This document shows, piece by piece, positions 28,991-41,470 of a DNA stretch of 64,000 nt; positions within the stretch are counted from its first letter, which is position 1, and each line of letters starts with the position of its first letter. This stretch comes from Octopus vulgaris (lineage: Eukaryota). The position numbers and the translations under genes were made by a program. The notes below the pieces were generated by a model. That model was not told the origin of the DNA. It searched no databases and saw nothing but the letters and a program-made list of their open reading frames with translations. The stretch is from the NCBI GenBank assembly GCA_951406725.2, contig OX597816.1, positions 141,484,001 to 141,548,000 of the forward strand, in the 5' to 3' direction.

Positions 28991-29251
28991 TGCATATGCG
29001 TTCGTGAGCATATAGAGAAAGTGGAGAAAGAGGAACGTTGGGTGGGGTGAGTAGGAGAGGAAGAGGAGTTGAGGAGGGACATGGGGGAAGCTGATGAAGA
29101 GTGTGAAACATTGAAACACTGTAGGAGGATACCACATTGATAGATATAACACACTTGTTATAGCATAAATCAATAAATATTAGCAAAGCATAAAAAGCAA
29201 GAAAGCATAAACCATAACTGCATTTAATTACATTAAATGCAGTTACTATGG

Positions 29252-29287
<36 letters not shown>

Positions 29288-30013
29288 GAATGGTGATTAT
29301 AATGTTAAAAATGATAGTGCTGCTGCTACTGCTGATAATGATGATGATGATGATGATGTTGGTGGTGGTGGTGGTGACGATGGTGACAAATGATTATGAT
29401 GATGATGATTGAGATGAAAGTCATCATGGTAATTTTTATACTGTAAGTTGTTTGCGATCACAGTGATAGTAATGGCAATGGTGACGATAATAATGATAAT
29501 GATAACGGGGTTGATCACAATCATGATTTTATATGTGTGTGTGTGTGTGTGTGTGTGAGCAAGCCCATGCACAATTCCAAACCACAACTCTTATTGAATA
29601 GGCAAGGAAAGAGCAGTGTGCAGAGGGGTGCATAAGAGGAATTGCTTAATCCTTTACTGGTTTTTGTTACACTAGTAACGCAATTAGCATGCATGCATGC
29701 ACACATACATACACACACCTGTACACTCACAGAGGCACAGGTGTGGCAGCGTGGTAAGAAATTTGCCTCCCAATCACATAAATTAAACAAAAATGAGGCA
29801 AGAAAAATAACTCAGAGTTGCCAGTAGCATGTATTTGAATAACATAAACAAATACAAATATGTCAAATAGGATACAACATAAATTCTAGTTTTATAAAAA
29901 AATCCCAGTGATTAAGAAACCTCCAAAACTGACATGACATTATGGAAAAGGACAAGCATATTTCCTTCATGCTGGTAAAGCTTAAATTATGAACCTCATA
30001 ATACTTATTTACT

Positions 30014-30398
30014 AAATGCCCCACATGTTTCATGTCCTCTAAAATGCCCTACATGTTCCATGTACTTTAAAATGTCCCACATGTTTCATGTCCTCTAAAA
30101 TGCTCCACATGTTTCATGTCCTCTAAAATGCCCCACATGTTTCATGTCCTTTAAAATGCCCCACATGTTTCATGTCCTCTAAAATGCCCCCACATGTTTC
30201 ATGTACTTTAAAATGTCCCACATGTTTCATGTCCTCTAAAATGCACCACATGTTTCATGCCCTTTAAAATGCCCATGTTTCATGTCCTCTCAAATGCCCC
30301 ACATGTTTCATGTCCTTTAAAATGCACCACATGTTTCATGTCCTCTAAAATGCCCCACATGTTTCATGTCCTCTAAAATGCCCCACATGTTTCATGTC
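30014..30398. repeat. 28-bp minisatellite, about 14 copies
   Basis: Unit aaatgccccacatgtttcatgtcctcta. Confidence 0.95.
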
Positions 30399-30917
30399 TG
30401 TCAAGAAAAGGCAACAGGACATCACTCTAATTTGCCACCTGTGAGTCCCTCTATTAATATCATGAGGTGTGTTTAAGAGATTAGTGAAGTACAGACACAG
30501 TGAATGTGAAGCATAATTTCCAACAAGATTTAAATAAACTCAATACACAGGCTTTATGTCATCAGTTGGGAACAATTCAACATTCTATATTCTTCCAATT
30601 AAATAGTACATAACAACAAAAAGAACAGCGGCAGCAGCTGCTGCCACTGCCACTGCTGCCACCACCACCACCACCATCAATGAAGAATTTACTGTTCAAC
30701 ATCTACATCAATATTTATTTTAATCTTTTGTCATCCTCTTTATCTGAATACAGTTATCTCTTTTGCTATATAATCTTGATATCACACAATTGTGTGTATT
30801 AATATATATATATATATATGTATATATATATTTATATACATGTAACTCCCAATAAATGTGTTGTGTGCCCTTCTTTCGTTTGTCCACTTACTCATACACA
30901 CACACACACACACACAT

Positions 30918-31135
30918 AAGGTTGTGAGCTGGTAGAATTGTTAGCATTCTGGGCAAAATGCTGAGTGGTAGTATGTCTGTTTTTACATTGAGTTCAAAAT
31001 GTCAAGGTCAATCATACCTTCTATCCTTTCAGGGATAATAAAATAAGTACCAGCTGAGCACTGGGGTCAATATAACTGACTTACCCTCACCGCTCCCAAC
31101 AAATTGCTGGCCTTGTGTCAAAGTTTGAAACCAAT
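30918..31135 (+). mobile_element. Decayed family B SINE
   Basis: aaggttgtgagctggtagaattgttagc head, gagttcaaa, cttctatcctttcaggg, aataagtaccag core. Confidence 0.75.
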
Positions 31136-31986
31136 GCGTACATACGCATTCATATATACACATCTAATTTAAAACAGATAACAGTGTTAGATTACCACAT
31201 GCATCTTGATTTAGAAAAGGCACACTACATCTCTATGAGTTGTAAAAGAAGAAAACAAAACAAAAAAAAAAAGAAAACTAAAAGGGCTGGTAACAAAAAA
31301 GGCATTTGGCCATAAAAATATTGCCTCAGAAAATCCATCCAGTCCATGGCAACATGGAAAAATGGGTGTAAAACAATGATGGTGATGATGATATCAATTA
31401 TGGTGATGATGATGATGATGATTATTGACAACAGTGTTCAAGACTGATGTTTTATATTAAATAATTTTTTTTCCATATTACTTTATTAGTCCTTCATGCT
31501 TTAATTTATAACAATAACTTTGTCCTAAGTCCATTAACATCTCAAGATCTGCTTGACCTTTTCATCTGAAATCTGAATGTGAAGGATAACAGTGGCATGT
31601 TGTTACTATATGTTTTTTTAGTGGGCTGCAAACAATTATGGGATGATGTTGTAAGTGATAGCTTCATAACTGTCAGATTTAAAATTACTCCTGGTTACTT
31701 TCATAGTTTATTTTATGTGGACTGCTTCTGTATGTTGATTTTTTTGGCTTGTATTTTACTATTAATAAAGTTTAAAACTGTTACATCTAACACCATCTAA
31801 CACACAAGTATGATACTTTATTGTCAGCTTGCCATGTATTTAAAATGAGAAGCTATTTCAGCACATTATAATACAGTACACGAAGCAAATTTAGTCCGAA
31901 AAAGAAAAATTGAATTAAAACCCTCCCAAAAATTTACTGATAACATTACCATTCCATACATAATTTTATACACACACACACACACA

Positions 31987-32023
<37 letters not shown>

Positions 32024-32518
32024 ACACACACACACACACAAACACACACAATTGATTAAGTATGGCAGGTTTATTAATAGCGAAAAGCAAACCACTGGGC
32101 ACGTAATGCTACCGTGCACAAATGGTGAAGCACAAATGAACTGACAGAAAAACTGGGTGTAAGAGAGAAATCAGCTGTAGTGTGAAAATGAAGAAACTGT
32201 GTTGGTCATGGATATAATTAGGTAAAGAGGTGCCAAGCAATTCATGTAGAAAGAGCCGCTGAAAGAGGAAGACTTTAGGAAGACATAGGAAGAAAATGGT
32301 GAAGGTTGATCTTATGATGCTGAACCTCATGAAAGAGGTGACAAAGGATTGTGATAAGTGGCAATACGCCATGTTGAAGAAGTATCTGCCAAGAGAAGCA
32401 AGTATGCAGGACTGGACATATGCTGATGATAATGATGTATGCACACACACGTGAATATGAATATATATATAAATACATAAATATGCATGCACTTGTGTGC
32501 ATATATATATATATTCAC

Positions 32519-32589
<71 letters not shown>

Positions 32590-32593
32590 TGTA

Positions 32594-32957
32594 CTCTTTT
32601 ACTCATGTCAGCCATTTGACTGTGGCCATGCTGAAGCAGTGACTTTAGTCGAACAAATTGACCCCAGGACTTATTCTTTGTAAGCCTAGGACTTATTCTA
32701 TCAGTCTCTCTTGCCAAACTGCTAGATTACGGGGTCAAAAACATACCAACATTGGTTGTCAAGCGATGGTGGAGGGACAAACACAGACACACAAATACAT
32801 ACATATATATACATATATATATGATGGGCTTCTTTCAGTTTCTATCTACCAAATCCACTCATAAGGCTTAGGTCAGCCTGAGGCTATAGCAGAAGACACT
32901 CGCCCAAGATGCCACGCAGTAGTACTGAGCTCAGAACAATGTGGTTGGGAACTAAGC
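32594..32957 (-). mobile_element. Family A SINE
   Basis: gactgtggccatgctg...gtcgaacaaattgaccccagg...gaagacactcgcccaagatgccacgcagt. Confidence 0.8.
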
Positions 32958-34109
32958 ATATATAATTATTTACGCAGATATTACAAAAGTAAATAGACAT
33001 CTTTCTTTTTGCTTTTGCTTTCTTATTTTGAAAGATTTATTTTTTTTTAGAAACAAAATAATGTCATTTGGTACATTTAAATATTTAATCTTGTATTTAG
33101 CAGACATGCAGTTTTTTATGATTTAACCTATCTGGGCCTTATAATAACAAAGAATGTCCGTACACATGTAATTTCATAATGAGGGCGTGGGGTCTATTTA
33201 CTTTTGAGATGTGTATGTGTATATATAAATATATATATCTATAGGCACAGATATGCCATGACAGTTGTCCAGAATCTCATCCACAAGGGACCTAAACAAG
33301 ATGGGTCAAAACAATTGTTATGATTAATAAAGTATCTCGTGAATTCCATTTTCTCTTTCATTTGTTACATACTTGACAGACATGGAATAATTTATGCATA
33401 TCCATACTGTTGATGACATAAAGTAACCACAAACTGTCCATGTGCTTTAATCGACATACTACCAGGTGTATACCCAAATTTAAAATCATCATCATCATCA
33501 TCATCATTTAACGTCTGCTGTCCATGCTAGCATGGGTTGGACGATTTGACTGAGGTCTGACGAACCAGACTCCAATCTGATCTGGCAGAGTTTCTACAGC
33601 TGGATGATGCACTTGCATTAAATTTACTGCAATTTTGGACTTTGTTAATTCTATCAAAGTGTTCATTTAAGTTCAATACTGCATTGCTATTTTTGACTAT
33701 ACGTAGCTTATAGCTATATAGGAAAAGCACAATACTCAATTCAAGGGTGTGTTAATTTGCATACCGGCATTAATTTGACTGCTGTGAAGAAATTATTAAT
33801 CCACCAATATAGCAAGAAAACTAAAAATATACACAATTTGTGTTTGAAGCATATAAATAGACTTTATCATAAAGTTTTCAAATTACCGTATCGGTACTAG
33901 TAATGTAATATGTAGACATAGACACATACACACACATACCTGCACAAATACATATATATATACACACACAGACAATATAGTATTTAAGTAGGAACAAAAA
34001 CTTAAAGCACTCAAAAGATACCATTTAACTGTATTTAGACATTTAAAGTTAAATTGTACATATCTTTTCTTATAAATACACATACATTCATGTCAACATA
34101 CTTGAATTT

Positions 34110-34285
34110 ATGTATGTATGTGCATGTGTATGTATGTTTGTATGTATGTATGTATGTATGTATGTATGTATGTATGTATGTATGTATGTATGTATGTATG
34201 TATGTATGTATGTATGTATGTATGTATGTATGTATGTATGTATGTGTATGTATGTATGTATATATTTATGTATGTGTGTACGTAT
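34110..34285. repeat. (TATG)n microsatellite
   Basis: Direct reading. Confidence 0.95.
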
Positions 34286-34389
34286 GTAAGTTTATGTATA
34301 TATGAAATAATATGAAAATATGAAATAAAAGCAGCAGTAGTGTAATAAACATTATCAACCACATATACTTCATGTATATGCTTTGTATA

Positions 34390-34714
34390 TTTGCTGGTAA
34401 CTTACTGTTGGTATGGTGGAGAATACTCACCCAAAGCAGCTTCATATGTGAAATTTAGTCATATATTTGCTTTGTTGGGGCATGCCTGCACATGTTTTGC
34501 ATACCATAAGTCATGGACTGGCAAGGTAGTTTATCTCTGATCTTGTCAGGTACGTGATATTGACAAGCCACAAAAAGGGTGAAATATAAATGTCCATGAC
34601 TCCTAGATGGGATTGAAGGTGAGTTATCCTGTTTGTCTATGACTTGAAGGCATTTTTACACCCAGCACTTTGAGTGAGTATTCTCTATCATGCCTATAGC
34701 AGCTTACTGGCAAA
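34390..34714. mobile_element. Old fold-back MITE
   Basis: Imperfect ~45-bp TIRs (gagaatactcacccaaag / ctttgagtgagtattctc) plus a weaker inner inverted match (aagtcatggac / gtctatgactt). Confidence 0.5.
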
Positions 34715-35532
34715 GACAAGACACAAAGCATATTCCTTAAGTATATGTGGTTGATTATTTATATAGGTATGGCAGTGTGGTGAGAAGTTTGCTTCCTAAC
34801 CACATGGCTCTGGGTTCAGTCTCACTGTGTGGCACTTAGGGCAAGTGTTTACTACTATAGCCGATTAAAGCCTTGTGAGTAGATTTGGTAGACAGAAACT
34901 GAAAGAAGCCTGCCGTACACATGTATATATATGCATCTTGCTGAGTAATAAGAAACTGGTAAATAAGCATGTGGAGAAAATTCCAAGATGTTCCCACTGC
35001 ACCAAATATGCATTTTCAAAAGTAGACACTGTGAAATAATAATAATAATAATAATTCAGGGAGTTTCCGCAATCTTTCCCACCCAACTAAGTGTCTGTTC
35101 ATAGTAGTGCATCTCTCTCACTTTATATACATATGGTTGTCCAGCTATACCCCTCTCTCTCTATATAAATATGTATCTTTATGTAATCTCATGATCCAGC
35201 ACTGTCAAATAATATTATTATGAGCAATTTCACCCGCCCCTTCTCATTCTTCCCCCCCAAACATGTGTAAGTGTGTCAGATTGTGCTATCTCCATATTTA
35301 TACCTATGGCTGCCCACCCATGTGTCTACAGTCCATGAAAGTATATACTTGTCTGTATGTGTGTGTGTATATATATATAATTTCTTTTGCCCTTGTTTAT
35401 AATATATATATATCTCATCATCATCATCATTTAACGTCCATTTTTTCATGCTAGCATGGGTTGGACGGTTCAACCGGGGTCTGGGAAGCCAGGAGGGTGT
35501 GCCAGGCTCCAATATATATATGTATATATATA

Positions 35533-35958
35533 TAATTTCAACAATTGAGGGTAAAATTAATTAATTAATCAATTTCACCAAGTATTCAGTATACAAAGGG
35601 ACCATTTAAGGCGAATTCAAATTATTACATTATATAAAAGGGCTTAGTAAAATAAATTACTTTGCCGCATACTGAACTCATTAGAAATAGCAGCTAAAAA
35701 AACTTTTTAAAACTATCTCCAATACTTAAAGAAAATCTCTCTCATATAGTGTTTGCTCAACTCAACTCACGAAAGTATGAGGGTAGAGACATTAAAAAAA
35801 TCAAAAAATCAAAAAATTGAGTTGAGCAAACACTATATGAGAGAGATTTTCTTTAAGTATTGGAGATAGTTTTAAAAAAGTTTTTTTTAGCTGCTATTTC
35901 TAATGAGTTCAGTATGCGGCAAAGTAATTTATTTTACTAAGCCCTTTTATATAATGTA
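35533..35958. repeat. Fold-back element in (TA)n (third family, no hammerhead seen)
   Basis: Inverted arms 35626-35765 and 35817-35958, identical except homopolymer lengths. 51-bp spacer, unpaired ~90-bp left extension. Confidence 0.8.
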
Positions 35959-35972
35959 TATATATATATATA

Positions 35973-36131
35973 ATATTAATTCGAGACAAAACCACTATTT
36001 TCCTTGTTTGTTTTGCAAAATAGTGGTTTTGTCTCGAATTAATATTATATAATATTTTACTATAAAATTGGATTTAATCCTAAATCTGATTTTTTCCCTG
36101 TAAATTTGGATTTATTCCCTAATATTTATTA
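35973..36131. repeat. Centre-deleted copy of the 39251-39675 fold-back family, opposite orientation
   Basis: attaattcgagacaaaaccactatttt / aaaatagtggttttgtctcgaattaat arms, followed by the reverse complement of the 39251-39335 extension (ggatttaatcctaaatctgattttttccc...tccctaatattta). Confidence 0.8.
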
Positions 36132-36226
36132 TTATATATATATATATATACATGAGTTTGTGTAGGTGTGGATATGTATGAGCGTACATGGGTGTGCGTG
36201 TATGTATGTGGTAGAGAAATGTGATA

Positions 36227-36471
36227 CAGTTGTGGTCATAAGTTTGGAACATAGGCCTGAAAATTAAAAATTCTTTTATTAAATGCCCAAAGTTATATTT
36301 AATTTGCAATATTTATCATTACTTGGCTAAGAATTTGGAACAAATGTCTGAAAATTAGAATTTTTATATTAAATGCCCAATTATATACATTATATATATT
36401 TGAATCAAATTGTATTTGGGTATTACAATTTTAATTTTTAAAAAAATGTTCCAAACTTTTGGCTATGACTA
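36227..36471. mobile_element. Tc1-type MITE
   Basis: TA-cagttgtggtcataagtttggaacat left end vs atgttccaaacttttggctatgact right end. Internal direct duplication tttggaaca..tgaaaatta...attaaatgcccaa. Confidence 0.6.
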
Positions 36472-36769
36472 ACTTTCTTGTACCACTTCTGGAGTTTTGG
36501 CACTGCCATTCCTAATTTCTCTAAGATATATGAGAAACAAAATCTGGGAAGTGGCCATATTCAAAATTATTTGGAAAAAGGGTAAACAGGAATTTTACAC
36601 TACTGTGTACTCAAAATAAACTATAGCTTCACGTGAGATCACAATTAAACTAACTGAGAGCAAAGCCTTCATATTCAGTTGATGCACAGGAATAGTTTGC
36701 AGAAAAGCACTATGAAATTAATTCCATCAAATTCCCAGAAAACTTGTAAAAATAGTTGCCTGCTTTATT

Positions 36770-37090
36770 TACCAGGGGGACCTAATCACTAATTGAAGTG
36801 AGTGCTGTGAAAGAAAAGTAGCCAGACTAAGTGTTGGGGTGAGAACAGTTTGGAAAGTTATCACATCTGCTGGTGATAAAAGAATTCTCTCCCATGTGAA
36901 GGCCATATTGTATTGAACATTTGCATGGTAGTAAAACTTGGGCAATGAATGCAAAGGATGTGTCAAGGCTGGAGAGATATGAAGTGAAAATGCTATGCTG
37001 CTTGTGTAATATTAATGTAGAGGAATGACAGAACAGAGATGAGCGGAAACAGAAAAGGAGGTATGAAAGGTATCAGCTGTTATGAGAAAA
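36770..37090 (+). mobile_element. Old RTE ORF2 fragment
   Basis: YQGDLI..., ttgcatggtagtaaaacttgggca (LHGSKTWA), aggctggagaga.atgaag similarity to 53020-53340. Confidence 0.55.
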
Positions 37091-38575
37091 TTGTGGGAAA
37101 TATGGGTATTGAATAAAATGTCGCATATATGATTACACTCTATAAACTTCCATTATATGTCTATATTGAGTACTTTTATCCTCTTTATTAACACCTACGT
37201 ACACAAATAACATATATATACATATACATGTATATGCATACACGTTAAATATAAAGAGCTAAGATGTTAATGTAAATGATATATATTATGCTTATAATAT
37301 CTAATCTATCTATCTATCTACCTGTCTGCCTGTCTGTCTGTCAGCTTATCTATCTATCTAAATATATAAATATATTTATTTACTCATTTATTTAGAGCTG
37401 AAGTTTCACTTTGCCACCACTCAGTTTACTGTCCCCTTCACTCCCCACCCTATATGCACATACACACACACACACACACACAGAGAAGCATGTACATATA
37501 CACATCTGTATAAAATAAATGCACAATAAATGCACAAACATAGTGTGTGTGTGTGTGTGTAAATGTGTATATTTGTTTGTAAATTTGAAGTTATTGAATT
37601 TTACAGAATTATCTGGCACAATCCTGAAAACCAGAAAAATTGAGAACCATATTCCAAAAATGTGTAAATATTAATACATGTTGGTATATTATTATCTTAT
37701 ATGTTTATTCTGAAATCGATATCAGTAGAATTTATCTTGTCCTTCTCTCTATATATGTCACACTGCATCCTTTTTTCCAATATCTTTCTCTCATTCTCTC
37801 AACATTTCTCTAAATCTTCCCCTTCATCATTATCTTTATTCTCATCACCCCCCACTTTTTCTGTTTCTTATTCCCTTGCTTTTATCAATTCTCTCACCCC
37901 TTCTCCTTCTTCTTTTCCTTTATTTCAAAACCCCTTCAGCATCTCAACTTTCTTTCTGTTACTCATTTTTCTATAATTTAGTTACTAAACCATCTCTCTT
38001 GCAGAATATAAATGATGTAATATTAGGGAGTAGATGTAATTTTGTTTAGAGATTTATGCTATAAGATGAAATTTTGTAATTCTAGTGTATAAAATATAGA
38101 AATACATAGGAGGCAAAAAGATAACAGCTATAAATATAACACTGACAATTTATTAACCAGAAATATTTCATAAATTTATTTATGAAAAGAAAGACCATTA
38201 TTAAAATCACGCTGTTCCACATTCTGTGAATAAAATTCCAAATTTGCAACTTGCCTTATAGCATTAGAAACTAAGAACTTAATGCAATTTATTTTCACTT
38301 TCTTAATCTTCTAATTGTCTCCACAGATCCTGACAGTCATCACAAAAGAAAAAAAATAAAACTTTAATTCTATATTATTATCTCAAATGCTAAATTTTAA
38401 ACATGACATTTGCTGTATGTTGACCAAAAAACACTACTGGAATATCTGTCAGAAAGGGAAGTGCTTTTTCTCTCTGGGAAAACTGGCTGCATAATATTTT
38501 CAAGAAGAAAACTTGGTTAGTGCCAAGTGCATGTCGTGACAATGAGCTGAAGAGATTTCATGAAAACGAGCAGGA

Positions 38576-38664
<89 letters not shown>

Positions 38665-38690
38665 AAGAGAGTGATACATGCATGCATACA

Positions 38691-39019
38691 TAGTAATAAT
38701 AATCCATGGATGGAATTTATAGACATTTTAATGCATTGCTATGCGCATTTCCACAAATTACATGTTTCTTATGATCATAACCCGTATTCCTGGGATGATT
38801 AGAGTACAATCCATAGTATTCATGAACATTGGGTGGATCATAGTTCATGCCTTCATTTCATCAGGTGATATAGCATTAAAGAGGGAATTATATGGATTGT
38901 ACTGTAATCATCTCAGGAATACAGACTATGATTGTAAGAAACATGATTTGTGGAAATGCATGTAGTAATGCATTAAAATATTTATAAATTCCATCCATAG
39001 ATTATTACCATTATTACTA
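38691..39019. mobile_element. Unclassified MITE/fold-back element with ~90-bp TIRs
   Basis: taataatccatggatggaatttata...tttccacaaat.catgtttctta.gatcata at the left matches the reverse complement of ~38927-39019. Confidence 0.75.
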
Positions 39020-39432
39020 TAGTTATCCTACATTATATTAGCACTGCTTGGTACAACCCCATAAAACTTCTACTGCAAGTTGGTATCATTAGGCTGTAGG
39101 TAACATAATAAAATAGAGGCTTTTGTATGCATACGCAAAAATGCCTCCCGTAAACGAACTTAAAGGATCTCTCTCTCTCTCTCTGTATATATATGTATGT
39201 ATGTATGTTGTGTGTGTGTGTATATATATACATATATACATATATATACATAATAATAAATATTAGGGAATAAATCCAAATTTAAAGGGAAAAAATCAGA
39301 TTTAGGATTAAATCCAATTTAATAGTAAAATATTATATAATATTAATTAGAGACAAAACCACTATTTTGCAAAACAAACAAGGAAAGACTTAATCAATAA
39401 ATAAAATTTTAATAAAAAGTAAAAAAGAAACG

Positions 39433-39476
39433 CCACTACAATTGTTTCATGTCTTCTAATGACAATCTTCAGGTGG
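39433..39476 (-). ncRNA. Mirror copy of the minimal hammerhead ribozyme motif
   Basis: Exact reverse complement of 39537-39580, located in the left arm of the fold-back element. Confidence 0.75.
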
Positions 39477-39536
39477 ATTTCCGATCTAAGTTTCATGATA
39501 AAAAAAAGAAAGATATTGATATTTTAGATCGGAAAT

Positions 39537-39580
39537 CCACCTGAAGATTGTCATTAGAAGACATGAAACAATTGTAGTGG
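39537..39580 (+). ncRNA. Minimal type I hammerhead ribozyme motif (Penelope-type)
   Basis: CCAC-CTGAAGA-T-TGTC attagaa GACA-T-GAAA-C AATT G-TA^GTGG. Intact core boxes, stem I CCAC/GTGG, stem II TGTC/GACA (U.U at its base), short stem III with palindromic AATT loop, GUA cleavage triplet. Confidence 0.75.
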
Positions 39581-39676
39581 CGGTTTTTTTACTTTTTATT
39601 AAAATTTTATGTATTGATTAAGTCTTTCCTTGTTTGTTTTGCAAAATAGTGGTTTTGTCTCTAATTAATATTATAC

Positions 39677-39755
<79 letters not shown>

Positions 39756-40485
39756 CAAATATTCACAAATACAATTCAAATAACATGAAGATAATGTTGG
39801 CTTGGGTATTCCAGGATGAAGTTAGCTAGCACCGTTGCTTCAAAATAACTAAACTATTGATGTTTTCACAAATATGTAACAAGTGGTTGCTTAGTAACCA
39901 CCTATTCTTCAATTGCTCTTTAAAATGCTCACACCATGCTGAAGAATTGCCATAAAAATAATATAACACCTTAATAGTTTGCATCCAATCCAAAAATTGA
40001 TTAATTGTTGTATGAAATTAATTCTTAATTATGAATTATAATTTGTAAATTGCAGTTGTAACCAAAGGTCCCTATTTCTAGTGCTGTTGAATTTATTTTT
40101 TACAATTACAACGGATAATTAAAAGAGCGGCTATAATTATTGGGTGCCTGTTTTGATCACTAACGTTAAGGGAGGTAAAATTTTGAAACAATAAGACAAA
40201 AACAAACCCAGCTATATTTAAAATTAAGTTTTAGCTATGACAAAGCAATTTAAAAGATAACTTGTACAAACAAAATGATGAGGTAATGAAAACTGAAGTT
40301 TGTAAGCATAAATTTTGAATGTGAAGCATAATTTGAGTTAATCCATCATATATGACACTAGATATTACGCAAATATTCTGTTTCTGTTGTTTCGCATATC
40401 AGCAGTTTTGTCAGTGGCTTCAAGGCAAAAATAATGCAGCTGAATAAAGAAGATGAATCAAATGGAGATAACAGAATTAGAGTTG

Positions 40486-40519
<34 letters not shown>

Positions 40520-40599
40520 TGTATGTATGTATGTATGTATGTATGTATGTATGCATGTGTGTGTTTGTGTGCATATGTGTTTGTATGTGTATGTGTGTA

Positions 40600-40641
<42 letters not shown>

Positions 40642-40849
40642 CATGTATGTATACATATATATATATAAAGCATCACAAAGTTTGCTCAGAGTTTGGAGAA
40701 AGATAGATTCAAAATGTTTTTTCAAAAATGATGGGGAAATTCAGTCAGATTTTTTCAAATGGTAGTAGTTTAGCAAATCTGCTGTATGAACAGAATAAAT
40801 CTTTCAGATTTACTAAGTCCAGGTAAACTAAACATTAATTCCCACACAG

Positions 40850-41050
40850 ACACAAGCCTAGAAATTCTGAGGAGGAAAATAGTCAATTATACCAACCATA
40901 GTACTTGACTGGTACTTATTTTACTGATCCTAGAAGGATGAACAGCAAAACTGACCTTGGTAGGATTTGAACTCAGAATATAATGAGCCATAATAAACAC
41001 CACAAGTCATTTTGTACAATGTTCCAGTGACTCTGCCAAGCTACTCTCCT
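40850..41050 (-). mobile_element. Decayed family B SINE (other decayed copies near 12925-13050, 15030-15160, 23390-23540, 41570-41760, 61690-61870)
   Basis: ctggtacttatttt...gaaggatgaacagcaaaactgaccttgg..ggatttgaactcagaa similarity to 9220-9452. Confidence 0.65.
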
Positions 41051-41199
41051 CATGGTAAGCTAAATGTTGAGTGCTATTTGTATGTTATAAGATTCAGAAG
41101 GTATGGAGAGAGCTTCAGGAAAAATATGTGAAGAAAACAAAATAAAGAGGCATTATCTGATTATTTGATAGCCAGTTATTAATGAAAAAAAGTTTAAGT

Positions 41200-41470
41200 A
41201 ATATACCATGGGAAATACAAGATTAAGACTTATCTCTTGTAATTAAAAGCTAAGACTAATTCAATGAAGTAAATATTAAGAAAAGGACCATGAAATTAAG
41301 ATTAAGACTAATCCACGGAAAGTAAAATTAAGACAAACTTTTACAGAAGTAATGACTAAGATTGATATCTTGAAAGTAAATATTAATTATGATCCTGTAA
41401 ATGTACAAATTAAGACTAACTTTCATAGAAGTAGAAATTAAAACTGACTCCTTAGAAGTAAAGCTTACCA
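41200..41470. repeat. Degenerate ~27-bp tandem repeat
   Basis: About 10 units, consensus near gaagtaaagattaagactaatcccatg. Confidence 0.6.

Larger units (their letters stand above)
39251..39675. mobile_element. Fold-back element in (TA)n, probable inverted Penelope pseudo-LTR, carrying hammerheads
   Basis: Inverted arms 39336-39489 and 39524-39675 (about 153 bp, near-identical), 34-bp spacer, unpaired ~85-bp extension on the left, (TA)n on both sides. Confidence 0.8.

Noticed and set aside
38790-38866. CTGATGA...GTTCAT-GAAT on the minus strand as a hammerhead
   Set aside because: GAAA box imperfect, long unpaired insert after the first box, no stem I.
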